In this document: positions 1-9,258 of the stretch, in pieces | Layout of the letters: the number at the start of each line of letters is the position of its first letter | How positions within the stretch are numbered: the first letter of the stretch is position 1 | Virus record (IMG/VR): IMGVR_UViG_3300028840_002431 | Coordinates: 186,001 to 250,000 of that record | Length of the DNA: 64,000 nt | Reading direction: 5' to 3' (one strand) | Translations under genes and position numbers: made by a program | The notes under the pieces: model-generated | What the model was told of the DNA's origin: nothing | The model's input: the letters and a program-made list of their open reading frames with translations, nothing else | The model's database searches: none

Positions 1-100
1 AACAGGCACGCTCGCCGGACTCGTCCTTGCCGTGGAAGGGGAAGTCGTGGGAGCGGACCGTGTCACCAACTTTGATTTCGTTATTTCCGTTGTTGTTCAT
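1..100 (-). CDS. hypothetical protein, partial (runs off window start)
   Basis: ATG at 100 lies 7 nt after the class A motif; MNNNGNNEIKVGDTVRSHDF... open to window edge. Confidence 0.7.
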   Translation of the reverse strand, partial: MNNNGNNEIKVGDTVRSHDFPFHGKDESGERAC

Positions 101-107
101 ATACGGT

Positions 108-134
108 CTACCCCCATGGTCAGGTGAATCTAAA
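108..134 (-). promoter_or_regulatory. class A promoter-like motif TTTAGA-N17-GTAG
   Basis: motif repeated with the same spacing at >12 sites. Confidence 0.7.
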
Positions 135-136
135 GT

Positions 137-607
137 TTAAATTGCCGCTTCCGTGAGTTTTCTGAACTCTCCCATCCAGGAGCGGTCCAGCCGACGGCGC
201 TTCTTCTGGACCGTGTGAGGCTCACCGTCCTCGTCGATCTCGGTCTTGAAAATCGGATTCGCCTCACGCCATGCGGTTTGGGAAGCCACGAACTCAGCCT
301 TGTTCTGTTTGGCTTGGGCCACGAGGGCGTCGAAGTCCACGTCGGGAACCTTGCCTGTGTCCAGCCAAGCGTGGATCAGGTAAAAGAAGCGGTCCCGTGG
401 CTCGAACTCGTAGTCCGACTTCTTGTAGAACTTGACGCTGTTGACGGCGTGGCCGCCCGCAGTCGGCTCCATGCTGATCCGGCCAAGCTGGACACCCTCG
501 TGCTGGACGAATATTCTCACCCAGCCGCGACCGGCCCGGACCGGTTTAAACCGGTACTCCGGAAAGGCAGACTCTAACGCGGTTTTGAAGGTTTCGATTG
601 TCGTCAT
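137..607 (-). CDS. hypothetical protein
   Basis: 156 aa ORF packed against upstream ORF. Confidence 0.75.
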   Translation of the reverse strand: MTTIETFKTALESAFPEYRFKPVRAGRGWVRIFVQHEGVQLGRISMEPTAGGHAVNSVKFYKKSDYEFEPRDRFFYLIHAWLDTGKVPDVDFDALVAQAKQNKAEFVASQTAWREANPIFKTEIDEDGEPHTVQKKRRRLDRSWMGEFRKLTEAAI

Positions 608-608
608 G

Positions 609-1043
609 TTATCGCCCCTGGTAGGAGTAGGCTTCGCCCTCGCTCACCCTGCGGCCCATCTCGCGCTCCAACTCACGAAGCTTTCGGTTCAGGGAGGCAG
701 CCCGTTTGCGCACCTGAGCGGGCGGCAGTTCGCCGTCGCAACTGAGGTTTTCCGGACTCAGGCAGCAATAGACGCTCAGGATGTCGTCCATGATTTCCGC
801 TTCGGAACGCTTCGGCTTGGGAGCCTCCGGAGCGGGAGCCGACGACCCGTTGGCCGGGCGGCACAGGCTCTTGGCCACCTTCCATTCGGTGCCGATCGCG
901 TAGTCCTTCTGGGTGCCCCTGGACTCGTCCTGACGCACCTTCACGGTCTTGCGGTTGACCTTGACCACCGTGCCGTGGGTTTGCTCACCGTTGGGCCGCC
1001 CGAAGACGACCTTCATGCCTTTGTGGAATTCTTGTGTCATCAT
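609..1043 (-). CDS. hypothetical protein (SH3-like N-terminus possible)
   Basis: 144 aa; ATG 7 nt after class A motif. Confidence 0.8.
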   Translation of the reverse strand: MMTQEFHKGMKVVFGRPNGEQTHGTVVKVNRKTVKVRQDESRGTQKDYAIGTEWKVAKSLCRPANGSSAPAPEAPKPKRSEAEIMDDILSVYCCLSPENLSCDGELPPAQVRKRAASLNRKLRELEREMGRRVSEGEAYSYQGR

Positions 1044-1050
1044 ACCCGGT

Positions 1051-1077
1051 CTACCCCTCAGGCCGGGCCAATCTAAA
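1051..1077 (-). promoter_or_regulatory. class A promoter-like motif
   Basis: TTTAGA-N17-GTAG-N7-ATG. Confidence 0.7.
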
Positions 1078-1099
1078 ACTTAAATTCAGGAATTTAACC

Positions 1100-1126
1100 T
1101 TTGAATTCACCCTTCCCTGGCAGTAG
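1100..1126 (+). promoter_or_regulatory. class A promoter-like variant (divergent)
   Basis: TTTGAA-N17-GTAG followed by SD AAGGAG and ATG 1146. Confidence 0.55.
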
Positions 1127-1145
1127 TCCAGGAAAGGAGACAATC

Positions 1146-1610
1146 ATGCACGAATCGATAATTGACCCCACCTTCGGCATTTCGAGTGCGGCCAGAGCCG
1201 TAATGGCTCTTCTGGACATCCACCCCCTCAACGTCGTGGACGAAGGCCCGGACGAAAAGGACGTGCGTTTCACGACCTACACGTTCTACCATGGCCGCGA
1301 GAAGGGCATCACCGTCCTCGTGGGCTTCGCGTGCCACAAGAAGGTCCTCGTGGTGTCGTTCGGTGAGTGCGCGAGTAGCGACTCCATCTACCTGGACTCC
1401 TGGACGACCAACATGTCGGTGTACGATCCGCCGACGTGGAGAGACCGGCCCGACGAAGCGGAAGACGAGAGATATACGAGCCGCAACCCTCAGAAAGTGG
1501 CGGACAAGGCCATAACCAAGATGCGGGCCTTCTACAAGGAGTTCAAGCGGTTCAAGCGGGCCAAAGCCAAGACGCGGGCCAAGAGGGCAGAAAATCGTAG
1601 GGCGGCGTAA
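1146..1610 (+). CDS. hypothetical protein
   Basis: AAGGAG SD before ATG 1146. Confidence 0.75.
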   Translation: MHESIIDPTFGISSAARAVMALLDIHPLNVVDEGPDEKDVRFTTYTFYHGREKGITVLVGFACHKKVLVVSFGECASSDSIYLDSWTTNMSVYDPPTWRDRPDEAEDERYTSRNPQKVADKAITKMRAFYKEFKRFKRAKAKTRAKRAENRRAA

Positions 1611-1656
1611 AAAAGTTTTTAGGTTCCGGTCGCCCGTCTGTAAGGGGCGTAAGAGG

Positions 1657-1856
1657 TCTTTGACAAGTCGGTTGTTTGACAGGGGCGTAGCTTAAGGACA
1701 AGCACGGAAAAGCCCGGCTTGGGGCGTACGACCCGAGACGAGAAGTTCACATTAGGCCAATGTGGACGCCGTGTTTGAAAGCGCTCAGCTAATACCTGAG
1801 AGATTTCGGTAGCGCGTAAGCAATCCCGTCCGCCCCTGTGAGACAACCGGCAAAGA
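1657..1856 (+). ncRNA. candidate structured ncRNA or leader RNA, ~200 nt
   Basis: nested helices 1667-75/1843-51, 1679-87/1831-39, 1690-94/1817-21, 1701-07/1769-75, 1718-23/1732-37, 1745-53/1759-67, 1781-85/1811-15; class A-like motif at 1618-1643 upstream. Confidence 0.6.
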
Positions 1857-1862
1857 AACCAA

Positions 1863-2168
1863 ATGAAATACTCCACAAGATTGGCAAACGAACTCAGGGT
1901 GGCCTTGTTTGACCGGGATGACCAGTCGTTCAAAGACAAAGGGGACCCGGTCTTCTACAGGCCCAAGGATGGTCGCCTGACGGAAGCAAAAGAGACATGG
2001 GCGATCCACGGTGTCTGCCTCGAATGCCACCGGCTCAGTCTCAGCGTTGCCCGTTGCGCCGATTGCGGCACTGCTTATGCCGAAGACGACTTACAGGGCG
2101 TAAAGGCCGAACGGATGGTCGCCGCCCAACTGTTCACCGCCGCGAGAATCATACGGGAGAGCCGATGA
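1863..2168 (+). CDS. hypothetical Zn-binding protein
   Basis: CLEC...CADC. Confidence 0.65.
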   Translation: MKYSTRLANELRVALFDRDDQSFKDKGDPVFYRPKDGRLTEAKETWAIHGVCLECHRLSLSVARCADCGTAYAEDDLQGVKAERMVAAQLFTAARIIRESR

Positions 2169-2587
2169 TCTGCCAGCGCTCCGGGTATTGCTGTATCACG
2201 ATGCCGGTCGTGGTCATCGTTCCGACAAGCAAGCATGGGGAATGGATGCCGCCCCCGCAACCAAGCTACCGGGCATACTTCAAGGACGGAAGCGTCCGGT
2301 GTCCGAACCTGATATTCGACGGGCCGGAAGCCTCTTGCAACGTCCATGACGAACCCTGGTACAAACACACCCCGTGCTTCACCTACGGCAACCCGGACCT
2401 GGACCCGGATTTCATCCCCAAGATCGGGCGGCCGTGCCCCGTGGGTCAGGCCGTTCTCAAGAAGTTCGGGAGTCTGGTCGGGCTGTACGGGGACCCGAAA
2501 GACGAAGGCGTGAGGTTGATACGCGAACTCAAACCGGAAGAGGTCGAGCCGTTCCTACTGGGAAGGCTCACGGGACACGTCTGGTGA
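2165..2587 (+). CDS. cysteine-cluster (YkgJ-like) protein
   Basis: MICQRSGYCC...CPNL...CNVH...PC; ATGA overlap with previous stop. Confidence 0.55.
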   Translation: MICQRSGYCCITMPVVVIVPTSKHGEWMPPPQPSYRAYFKDGSVRCPNLIFDGPEASCNVHDEPWYKHTPCFTYGNPDLDPDFIPKIGRPCPVGQAVLKKFGSLVGLYGDPKDEGVRLIRELKPEEVEPFLLGRLTGHVW

Positions 2588-2597
2588 AGGAGACAGG

Positions 2598-2699
2598 ATG
2601 GCTCTCGTAAGGTATTGCCCAAACTGCCACCGGCAAGAGATGATCATGGTCAAAGACGGCTGGTCTTGTAGGTGTTGCGGCCACTTCGAGGCGGACTAA
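2598..2699 (+). CDS. small zinc-ribbon protein (33 aa)
   Basis: SD AAGGAG; CPNC...CRCCG. Confidence 0.55.
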   Translation: MALVRYCPNCHRQEMIMVKDGWSCRCCGHFEAD

Positions 2700-3379
2700 C
2701 CGCGCTGGTATAACGCTTGCAGCCTGTCCTGGTCGTCCGACTTTTGTGGGACCCCAAACCGTCCATCACCTATTCGAGGGCCGTGTACCCAACGGGGGTC
2801 TGTGGTTTTGACCAACTTGGCCTGATCGTCTTTAACATACCTGTCGATGAATTTTCGCATCTTTGGAGAAAGCCGGACACCATATGCGTACCCGAACTTG
2901 CTACCGCCGCGCCACGGCAGCACCAACACAAAGTAGGGCTTCGTCTTGGCAGGTAAGATGTAAGATTGATCAGATTTCTCGGTAACGAATCCAGAGCCTT
3001 TGGCGGCGTTTACCTTACGAGCCAACTCGTGGAATCGCTTACCGTGTTCGAGGGGCTTCAATCCCATGCGAACCATGGTCGCCGTCTGCTCATCGTAGTC
3101 GAGCACGGCTTCCGCGTGATGCACCATCTCGTGGGCCACCACACGCTCCAGGGTCTCCTCGTCTTCGAAAATGCCCGCCTGGAGTTCCATCAGGTTTTGT
3201 TTCCCAAGCTTCCAAGTCAAACGCCCCAACCACTTAGCGCCCAGGTTGTCTCTGACGACGATCTTAGGTGTGCTGTCAACACCCAGTATGCGGGCATACT
3301 TGTCGGCCAATTTGTGGGCCAGGGACACCTTCTTGGAATCCACTCGACCCCAGATTCGTCGATCATAGGTGTAGCCCAT
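2696..3379 (-). CDS. SprT-like zinc metalloprotease
   Basis: VAHEMVHH (HExxH) and downstream HGKRF typical of SprT. Confidence 0.75.
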   Translation of the reverse strand: MGYTYDRRIWGRVDSKKVSLAHKLADKYARILGVDSTPKIVVRDNLGAKWLGRLTWKLGKQNLMELQAGIFEDEETLERVVAHEMVHHAEAVLDYDEQTATMVRMGLKPLEHGKRFHELARKVNAAKGSGFVTEKSDQSYILPAKTKPYFVLVLPWRGGSKFGYAYGVRLSPKMRKFIDRYVKDDQAKLVKTTDPRWVHGPRIGDGRFGVPQKSDDQDRLQALYQRG

Positions 3380-3441
3380 ACCCCACACCGGGTATAAAAT
3401 CGTCCTCACACTGTGATCCTTTGATAAATCGCGAGAGTGAC

Positions 3442-4131
3442 ATGAAATATAGCTACGACCGACGAAAGACGGCTTCTCCCAGTTCCATTCTAAGGGTCAT
3501 TGTCAAGAATGCCTTGGATGGCCGTAAGCTCAGCAAGCTCATAGAAGCGTACCGAGAGGCTCTGGAAGAAGACTTTGAAGAAGAGCACGGGCACGGCTAT
3601 GAGGGTTACGGCACCGCCGAGGCGCAACGGTGGTACGAGAAAGTTCTCGACTATGTGTTCGACGCCCGTAAGAAAGAGAAGGAACTCCAAGACGCCTACG
3701 TGAGAGCCTTTCTCAGAACCAAACGGGGAGCGCCTAAGAGTCAGGCCAAAGAGAATTTCGACGAGGTCGAAGACTTCCCTTACTCTGACAAGATTCCGGT
3801 ACCCGCACTGGTTATCGCGGTTATCGGAGAGGCCCTTGGAGAACGCGACGCTCAGGCGGCCATGGACCTCGAAGCTCATGCGCGACAACGAATGGAAGGT
3901 GTGAGGGATCTCGTGGTGAAGTCACGAGGAGGCCCGGACTATGCCTCCGGAGGGCAGTACGGACCTTGGGGGCTTGCTGTTGTGAACGGCAAGCATGTCA
4001 GGTGGACCTACGCGGACGACGGCGGCGGCAACTGGGTGTTTGATGTTGTCGTTTCATCCCCCGCGCACGGCAAGCTTGATTCTAGAGAAGAGCAGCAACT
4101 AGAGAAGGCGGTCGAAAAAGCGCTCCGTTAA
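3442..4131 (+). CDS. hypothetical protein
   Basis: starts MKYSYDRRKTAS. Confidence 0.75.
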   Translation: MKYSYDRRKTASPSSILRVIVKNALDGRKLSKLIEAYREALEEDFEEEHGHGYEGYGTAEAQRWYEKVLDYVFDARKKEKELQDAYVRAFLRTKRGAPKSQAKENFDEVEDFPYSDKIPVPALVIAVIGEALGERDAQAAMDLEAHARQRMEGVRDLVVKSRGGPDYASGGQYGPWGLAVVNGKHVRWTYADDGGGNWVFDVVVSSPAHGKLDSREEQQLEKAVEKALR

Positions 4132-4544
4132 TCGATCGTAACCTCGAACGAGGATTCGACCATCCAGCGTCTACCGCAGTTCCTACAATGGTATTCGCGC
4201 CGACAGCGTTCTTTCGTAGGGTAAGAGACTCGACTCCATACCTCCTCGTCTGAACACTTGCCACACCTGTCCATACTCTTCTCCGCGCCTAAGGGCACAT
4301 ACTCCCAATCATCGGGAATGTCCCCAGGCAAGTGACCGGGCCGGAAGCCGCCCAGCGCCGCTTCAAGTCTACGGGTCAGACTAAGAGTGACACCGTGCAT
4401 ACTGTTGAGCGAGTCCGTCCGGCTGGCCGCGATTTGGAGTAAGGTCTTCAAGTCGGATTTGGAAACGACAACTTCAATCCCCTCAACCGAGTCCAACAAC
4501 TCTTGAAGCCGGTGCTCTATCTCCGTAATCCCAAGACTACTCAT
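4128..4544 (-). CDS. hypothetical protein with C-terminal zinc ribbon
   Basis: CGKC...CRNCG; SD GAGG before ATG 4544. Confidence 0.65.
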   Translation of the reverse strand: MSSLGITEIEHRLQELLDSVEGIEVVVSKSDLKTLLQIAASRTDSLNSMHGVTLSLTRRLEAALGGFRPGHLPGDIPDDWEYVPLGAEKSMDRCGKCSDEEVWSRVSYPTKERCRREYHCRNCGRRWMVESSFEVTID

Positions 4545-4545
4545 A

Positions 4546-5532
4546 CTAACCTCTGAGATCTTTTGGCATGATGGCTTTCTTGCCATCGAACAACCGTCTG
4601 GACCAAAGGCCGCTCGCCCTGGCAGCGGACCGTGTCCGCTGGTATCTCCCGTACTTGATATCGTCGTCCCAGCGGCCGTACTTACTCGTCCCCAAACCCC
4701 GGATAAGCCGTCTGGCCCATGTGTCTCCTGGATTCGCGTCCTTGTGCTTGAAGGTCTTGGCCAGGACATTGTTGGCGACGGAAGGAGCGTTCACACTGTG
4801 GGATTGATACATGCACATGGCCAGATCCTGTTCCTCTGACCAATCCGAAACTCTGAGGGCCGTCACGTCCCTTGGGTAAAAAGCTTCAACAGTGATCCAG
4901 TCGTTGGCGTACACATTGACCCGACGACGCTTCGTCCTTTTCACCAGATGCTCTTTTCCATACTCGACTTGAGCCTTCCAAGAGGCCGAGTGAGCGAGCA
5001 AGTCGTGGAACAACAAGGCCCAGTACCGGGCCTCCTCTTTCTGGAACTTCGTGGTTGGCTTCCCACGCCTTGGGGTGAACTCGTCACGTATGGCATGGCC
5101 GTTGACCGGTGCCCCGGAGTCGTAAAGTCGCAGAACACCATCTTGAGCCAGATACCAGTTCGTGGCGCTGAAAGCGTTCCACAGGTTCTCTCTGAGTTGG
5201 ACAAACCTGGAGACACGCTCTCCTGGAATCAACTCCAACCGCCTCAAGAGCTTCCACAGGGTCCCCTGGTCATCGAGGTTGTTACCGTCGTCGGGTTTGG
5301 ATAGTTCCTTTGGGTAGACGGCCACGTGCTGGTCAAGTCCGATCGTCATCCCGGTGCCGTCGTAGGCCATGACAGAACCAAACCGAGCGCCGGTCTCGAC
5401 TTTTGCGGTCAACCAGAAGGCTCTATCAACGTGATAGTTTGCCCTGTCTCCAGTGGGAGGCGCGAACTCCTCCGTACCCTTGATCATCGGTCCGGCGTAT
5501 CCCTTGTAGGTTTTCCATTGTATATTCGGCAT
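4546..5532 (-). CDS. hypothetical protein, possible lysozyme-like fold
   Basis: ATG 5532 lies 8 nt after class B motif; VETG...YDGTGMTIGLDQ resembles lysozyme-superfamily E...GxxQ. Confidence 0.5.
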   Translation of the reverse strand: MPNIQWKTYKGYAGPMIKGTEEFAPPTGDRANYHVDRAFWLTAKVETGARFGSVMAYDGTGMTIGLDQHVAVYPKELSKPDDGNNLDDQGTLWKLLRRLELIPGERVSRFVQLRENLWNAFSATNWYLAQDGVLRLYDSGAPVNGHAIRDEFTPRRGKPTTKFQKEEARYWALLFHDLLAHSASWKAQVEYGKEHLVKRTKRRRVNVYANDWITVEAFYPRDVTALRVSDWSEEQDLAMCMYQSHSVNAPSVANNVLAKTFKHKDANPGDTWARRLIRGLGTSKYGRWDDDIKYGRYQRTRSAARASGLWSRRLFDGKKAIMPKDLRG

Positions 5533-5539
5533 CCTTCTG

Positions 5540-5548
5540 ATTACACCG
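5540..5548 (-). promoter_or_regulatory. class B promoter-like motif CGGTGTAA
   Basis: recurrent motif, 8 nt before ATG. Confidence 0.6.
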
Positions 5549-5592
5549 ATTGACCATTTTGTTTGAATGAATTGCACCTGTAGGAGGGATAA

Positions 5593-5766
5593 ATGGCGGC
5601 AAAACGTAGGGGAAGACCCCGAAAGAAACTCAGCTTGGAAGACCTTGAAGAGAACACCCCGGAATCTGGCTCGCTTTTCGATTCCGAGGCTCCGGAAGAA
5701 GACGTGATCCATGACAATTTCGTGGCCGAAGAAGTCATGCGGGAGCTTGGAATACCGGCCAAGTAA
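5593..5766 (+). CDS. small AT-hook protein (57 aa)
   Basis: SD AGGAGG; MAAKRRGRPRKK followed by an acidic tail; below ORF-track length cutoff. Confidence 0.7.
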   Translation: MAAKRRGRPRKKLSLEDLEENTPESGSLFDSEAPEEDVIHDNFVAEEVMRELGIPAK

Positions 5767-5812
5767 CCATTTGTAGATCGCGTTATTATAACACCCTATT
5801 GTAGGGGGATGT

Positions 5813-6478
5813 ATGCCAGAGAAATCTGACCCACCGCGACCGTCTATCGAAACCAAAGCCATGATGAAAGCTCGCCATGCGGCCGAGCTTCAGATGGGAG
5901 GTTTTGACACCAAGGTCAGGAAATACGGGGCTTGGGCCGGGGCGATAACTGCGATCATTGGTTTGTTCATTCTGATCGGGACCCAGGTCTGGCCGTGGAT
6001 GGTCCAGTTCGGTGTCAAAGCCCAGTTGGACGCCCTTCGTAAGAACACGGAGGCCGTGGAAGCCCTGACGACAGCCCAGACAGAAACGCACAACCTCCTG
6101 ATCGCAGCAATCAGAGCCTCTGATGAACAGGCGGCGGAGGATGACCTAAGGGCGCAAGGGCTACACGACGCCCTCCAAGCGTTGAAGATGGAAGTCCGAC
6201 TCCGACACGGGGTGTTAGATATCAACGAGTTAGGCTCTCTGACGCTCAGCACCGGCTCTTCTGGCGCAGGAGGCGGTGTAAGTCGAACGCCAGCGTCCAG
6301 GCCAAGAAGGTTGTCAGCCTCTCAACGGCTTCGAGCCGTGACGCAACAGGCCGACACGAAAATAGCAAAAGCCAAGGCGGACCCGACAGCGGACTTCGGT
6401 GAAGACGTGAAGGCCAAACTCAAGACGATACCCAAGGATAGAAAGAAGAAGGATTCGTCAAAGGCGATGGCCTTCTAG
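5813..6478 (+). CDS. membrane-anchored coiled-coil protein
   Basis: hydrophobic segment AWAGAITAIIGLFILIG followed by helical region. Confidence 0.65.
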   Translation: MPEKSDPPRPSIETKAMMKARHAAELQMGGFDTKVRKYGAWAGAITAIIGLFILIGTQVWPWMVQFGVKAQLDALRKNTEAVEALTTAQTETHNLLIAAIRASDEQAAEDDLRAQGLHDALQALKMEVRLRHGVLDINELGSLTLSTGSSGAGGGVSRTPASRPRRLSASQRLRAVTQQADTKIAKAKADPTADFGEDVKAKLKTIPKDRKKKDSSKAMAF

Positions 6479-7278
6479 TCCATCAGGTAGTCTCGCACGT
6501 CCGTAAAGAAGTTCCAGACGAACCACTTGTTCCCGGCGTCCTTGATAGCCTCTTCAATGGTGCCTTCTTCTGGCATCCACATGCCGCTATGGAAACGGCG
6601 GAGAATCTTATCGACCTCTTCCGACGCCTTCTTTGCTTCTTTCTCTTCTTTCAGTAGGGCGTGAGGGTCCTTCTTTTTGAGAAAGCCCTCCATGATCTTG
6701 ACGACCTGTTTGAGGGGTCGTTCGAGCTTGTTCTTCCAGGGGATGTCGTCTTCGCTGGCATCTAACACTTTCGTGTAGCGATCTATGATCTCGTTTGCCC
6801 ACTTGACGTACTTCCGGATGTCGAGGCTCTTGTAGTCCTCTTCGCTGGGAAGAGCGTATGAAAATGACTCCTCGTAGTCACGCTCCTCCGCCCTCTTGAG
6901 ACCCAAGAGAGGGTTCTTTGTTACAGCGTTGTATTCTTTCTTCCCCATGCCGACGATGTGGGCGACAAGGTCGTCTAAACTATCGTCGCCAATCCAGACC
7001 TCAGACTCTTGTATGATCGGGAGAAGCTTGTCATAGACAGTGCTCGTCAGTTCGGTGTACCTGTTCTGAAGAGCTTCGGCTTGGTCCGGCGAGAGTTTCT
7101 TCATCAACGCCTTCTTGATAGCCTTAAAGTCTTTGGTTTTCTTTCCCCACCCGAAAGGCTCTGTAATCTTCCAGAACTCCGCTTCTGACATCGTGGCGGC
7201 TGTCTTGCGGGACGCTTTTTTATACTTGTAAACAACTCCGAGAGCACGAACCATTTTGGCCTCCGTTAGCCTTGCCAT
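6475..7278 (-). CDS. hypothetical protein, DUF4240-like N-terminal domain
   Basis: MSEAEFWKI...GDDSLDDLVAHIVGMGKKEY pattern. Confidence 0.55.
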   Translation of the reverse strand: MARLTEAKMVRALGVVYKYKKASRKTAATMSEAEFWKITEPFGWGKKTKDFKAIKKALMKKLSPDQAEALQNRYTELTSTVYDKLLPIIQESEVWIGDDSLDDLVAHIVGMGKKEYNAVTKNPLLGLKRAEERDYEESFSYALPSEEDYKSLDIRKYVKWANEIIDRYTKVLDASEDDIPWKNKLERPLKQVVKIMEGFLKKKDPHALLKEEKEAKKASEEVDKILRRFHSGMWMPEEGTIEEAIKDAGNKWFVWNFFTDVRDYLMD

Positions 7279-7290
7279 AACACAAGAAGC

Positions 7291-8295
7291 TTACCAGGAC
7301 ATCCGAGCGGGATTCTTACGTCCGGTGGACCCTTCGGGGTATTGAATCTTCCCTTTCCAGCCGGGCCAGAAGGGTGCCCAGTGGTCAAGGCCATCCCACA
7401 GGTACATGTCCTCGTCGTAGTTCCCGGAGAACGCCTTGCTTTCCATCTTACTGGCTTCTGACCCTTTGACGTACCCACCGGAGGTCTTGAGACCCATGTG
7501 CTCAAGGATATCGTCCGAGGCCCAGTCAGCGATGATATCGTCTCTTGAGATAGGGCCGGGATAGTTCTGTTCCAGTTTGTAGGGCTTTCCGTAGAACGTC
7601 TGGTAAATGATGTAGGCCCCGCTCGCCGCCGCTTTGAGGGCTTTCGCTATCTTCTTACCGTCACGGGCGCTTTTCAGGGCCTTCTCCGCCTTCTGGACCT
7701 TCTCAAACGCCTTGCGGAGACGGGACATCGTCTTGTCGCGGTTGGTTGTGTAACGCTCCATCCGCTTCTGCCGGACAACGTCGGCCCGTTCTCTCTTCTT
7801 GGCCTCTTCTTCTTCGACGGTCTTGGTCTTGGCTGGTTTCCAGTCACGAACCAGCTTCTCGTAATGCTTCAACAACCGTTCGGCTTGTTTGAGGTCCCCC
7901 TCGATCCTGTTCTCCACGGCCCTGTGAACATGCTCCCAGTCGTCATCACCTTTTTGGACCACCCGTTCCTTACTGTAAGATCGCGGCCCTTTGAGAGTTA
8001 TCTCCGTGGCCTTAGCGTGCTCACGTAACCTGTTTTTCAGAGAATCAACTTCATGGTTGTATTGGTTCACCCCGAGTTCGGCCGTCTTGGGGCTGACTTC
8101 GTAGGGTTCATGGTGGGTTCCGGGGCAGCTTCCCTCGATGTAACCATACCCCGGCCGCCTGTAACCGTGATGGGCCAGTTTTCCACGAGGGCATTTGACT
8201 GATTGCCCACAGTAGGCACAGGTCCCGATATGCCGGGTTTTCGTAGCCATGGCCTCAAGATACCGGCCGACGATGTTCCGAGAGACGAGCATCAC
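7291..8295 (-). CDS. hypothetical protein with N-terminal Zn-binding motif
   Basis: GTCAYCG...LAHHGY...CPG; 334 aa. Confidence 0.75.
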   Translation of the reverse strand: MMLVSRNIVGRYLEAMATKTRHIGTCAYCGQSVKCPRGKLAHHGYRRPGYGYIEGSCPGTHHEPYEVSPKTAELGVNQYNHEVDSLKNRLREHAKATEITLKGPRSYSKERVVQKGDDDWEHVHRAVENRIEGDLKQAERLLKHYEKLVRDWKPAKTKTVEEEEAKKRERADVVRQKRMERYTTNRDKTMSRLRKAFEKVQKAEKALKSARDGKKIAKALKAAASGAYIIYQTFYGKPYKLEQNYPGPISRDDIIADWASDDILEHMGLKTSGGYVKGSEASKMESKAFSGNYDEDMYLWDGLDHWAPFWPGWKGKIQYPEGSTGRKNPARMSW

Positions 8296-8340
8296 CTAGG
8301 CGTCCTGAAAGGTAATTTATGGTTCAACCAGGGAGCTTTC

Positions 8341-8350
8341 CGGTGTAATA
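8341..8350 (+). promoter_or_regulatory. class B promoter-like motif
   Basis: CGGTGTAATA; GTG 8357 is 8 nt after GTAA; heads the + strand cluster. Confidence 0.6.
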
Positions 8351-8356
8351 TATCGA

Positions 8357-8563
8357 GTGTCCGATCCGTTCATGCACAATTTCAAGCTCATAAAACTCCA
8401 GAAGGCTCTGCGGGATATCGAGGCTCACATCCCTGACGGTTGGAAGTGGGAGATAACATTCTGGCGGGATGACGGGGAACGCTGGAAGGTCAACCCACGC
8501 GGGTGTTATCAGGAGAGCCGTGCCGCCGTCAATGTCAAGATAACAGACCTTGGGAGTGTGTGA
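8357..8563 (+). CDS. hypothetical protein
   Basis: 68 aa, coupled to next ORF. Confidence 0.55.
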   Translation: MSDPFMHNFKLIKLQKALRDIEAHIPDGWKWEITFWRDDGERWKVNPRGCYQESRAAVNVKITDLGSV

Positions 8564-8958
8564 TGTCCATTCTAATCTTCGACGAGCAAATCTATCTCGA
8601 CACGTGTAATGGTTGGACCTGCGAACGTCTGGTAGAGCTTGGGCCTTACAAGCTCAAGTTTGTCCTTCAGTGTGGTGTAGACTGTGACGTTCGGAAACAA
8701 CAACCTATGGCCACCGCCGTTGAGTTAGTCAACGGCGTTCGTCACGTGCTCCATGAGTTCCAAATGAAACCCCTGCCAGCGGACAGTCGCCCCGAGAGTC
8801 GTTACTTCGAGACGGACTTTCTACGCCTTCTCAAAATCATGTCATGGCGTTTGGACGTGGACATAGACCCCACCTCTCTTCCGGGCATCAAGACCGTCAT
8901 TTGGCAGACCAACGCCGACGATGACATGACTCTCTTCGACTGTGTGAAGGATGGGTAA
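8563..8958 (+). CDS. hypothetical protein
   Basis: TGATG coupling; ends MTLFDCVKDG. Confidence 0.7.
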   Translation: MSILIFDEQIYLDTCNGWTCERLVELGPYKLKFVLQCGVDCDVRKQQPMATAVELVNGVRHVLHEFQMKPLPADSRPESRYFETDFLRLLKIMSWRLDVDIDPTSLPGIKTVIWQTNADDDMTLFDCVKDG

Positions 8959-9250
8959 GGTGTACGAGGAAAAAAAGCCCCCGCCACTAAACCTCTATGA
9001 TTGCATCAGAGATGTGAGAATCGAGCGCAACGAATGGTACCAAGCATATTCGAACTGGAACAAGAAGATCCGGTTCACCCTGACAAAGAGTAACCTCCTT
9101 TACTGCGTGATGGACGACAATCCAAAGACGCGAAAGGCGATCCAGGTTACTTCGTTCAACTTCAACTCAGGTACGGTCGTTTTCACGGGAACGGACCTGG
9201 AATACTACGGAGAAAGAGACTACACGTTCAAAAATGTGGAGCTTTTATAG
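8951..9250 (+). CDS. hypothetical protein
   Basis: overlapping start; PLNLYDCIRD. Confidence 0.7.
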   Translation: MGKVYEEKKPPPLNLYDCIRDVRIERNEWYQAYSNWNKKIRFTLTKSNLLYCVMDDNPKTRKAIQVTSFNFNSGTVVFTGTDLEYYGERDYTFKNVELL

Positions 9251-9258
9251 GAGGAGTT

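Noticed and set aside
1776-1815. GAAA...CTGAGAGA resembling a hammerhead ribozyme core
   Set aside because: The sequence is CTGAGAG, not CUGANGA, and the helices do not fit hammerhead topology.
3410-3441. Possible third promoter class (TRAT-N6-AT about 14-16 nt before ATG) upstream of tagged genes, also near 61783 and 28990-29001
   Set aside because: Too degenerate to support by eye; needs motif statistics.
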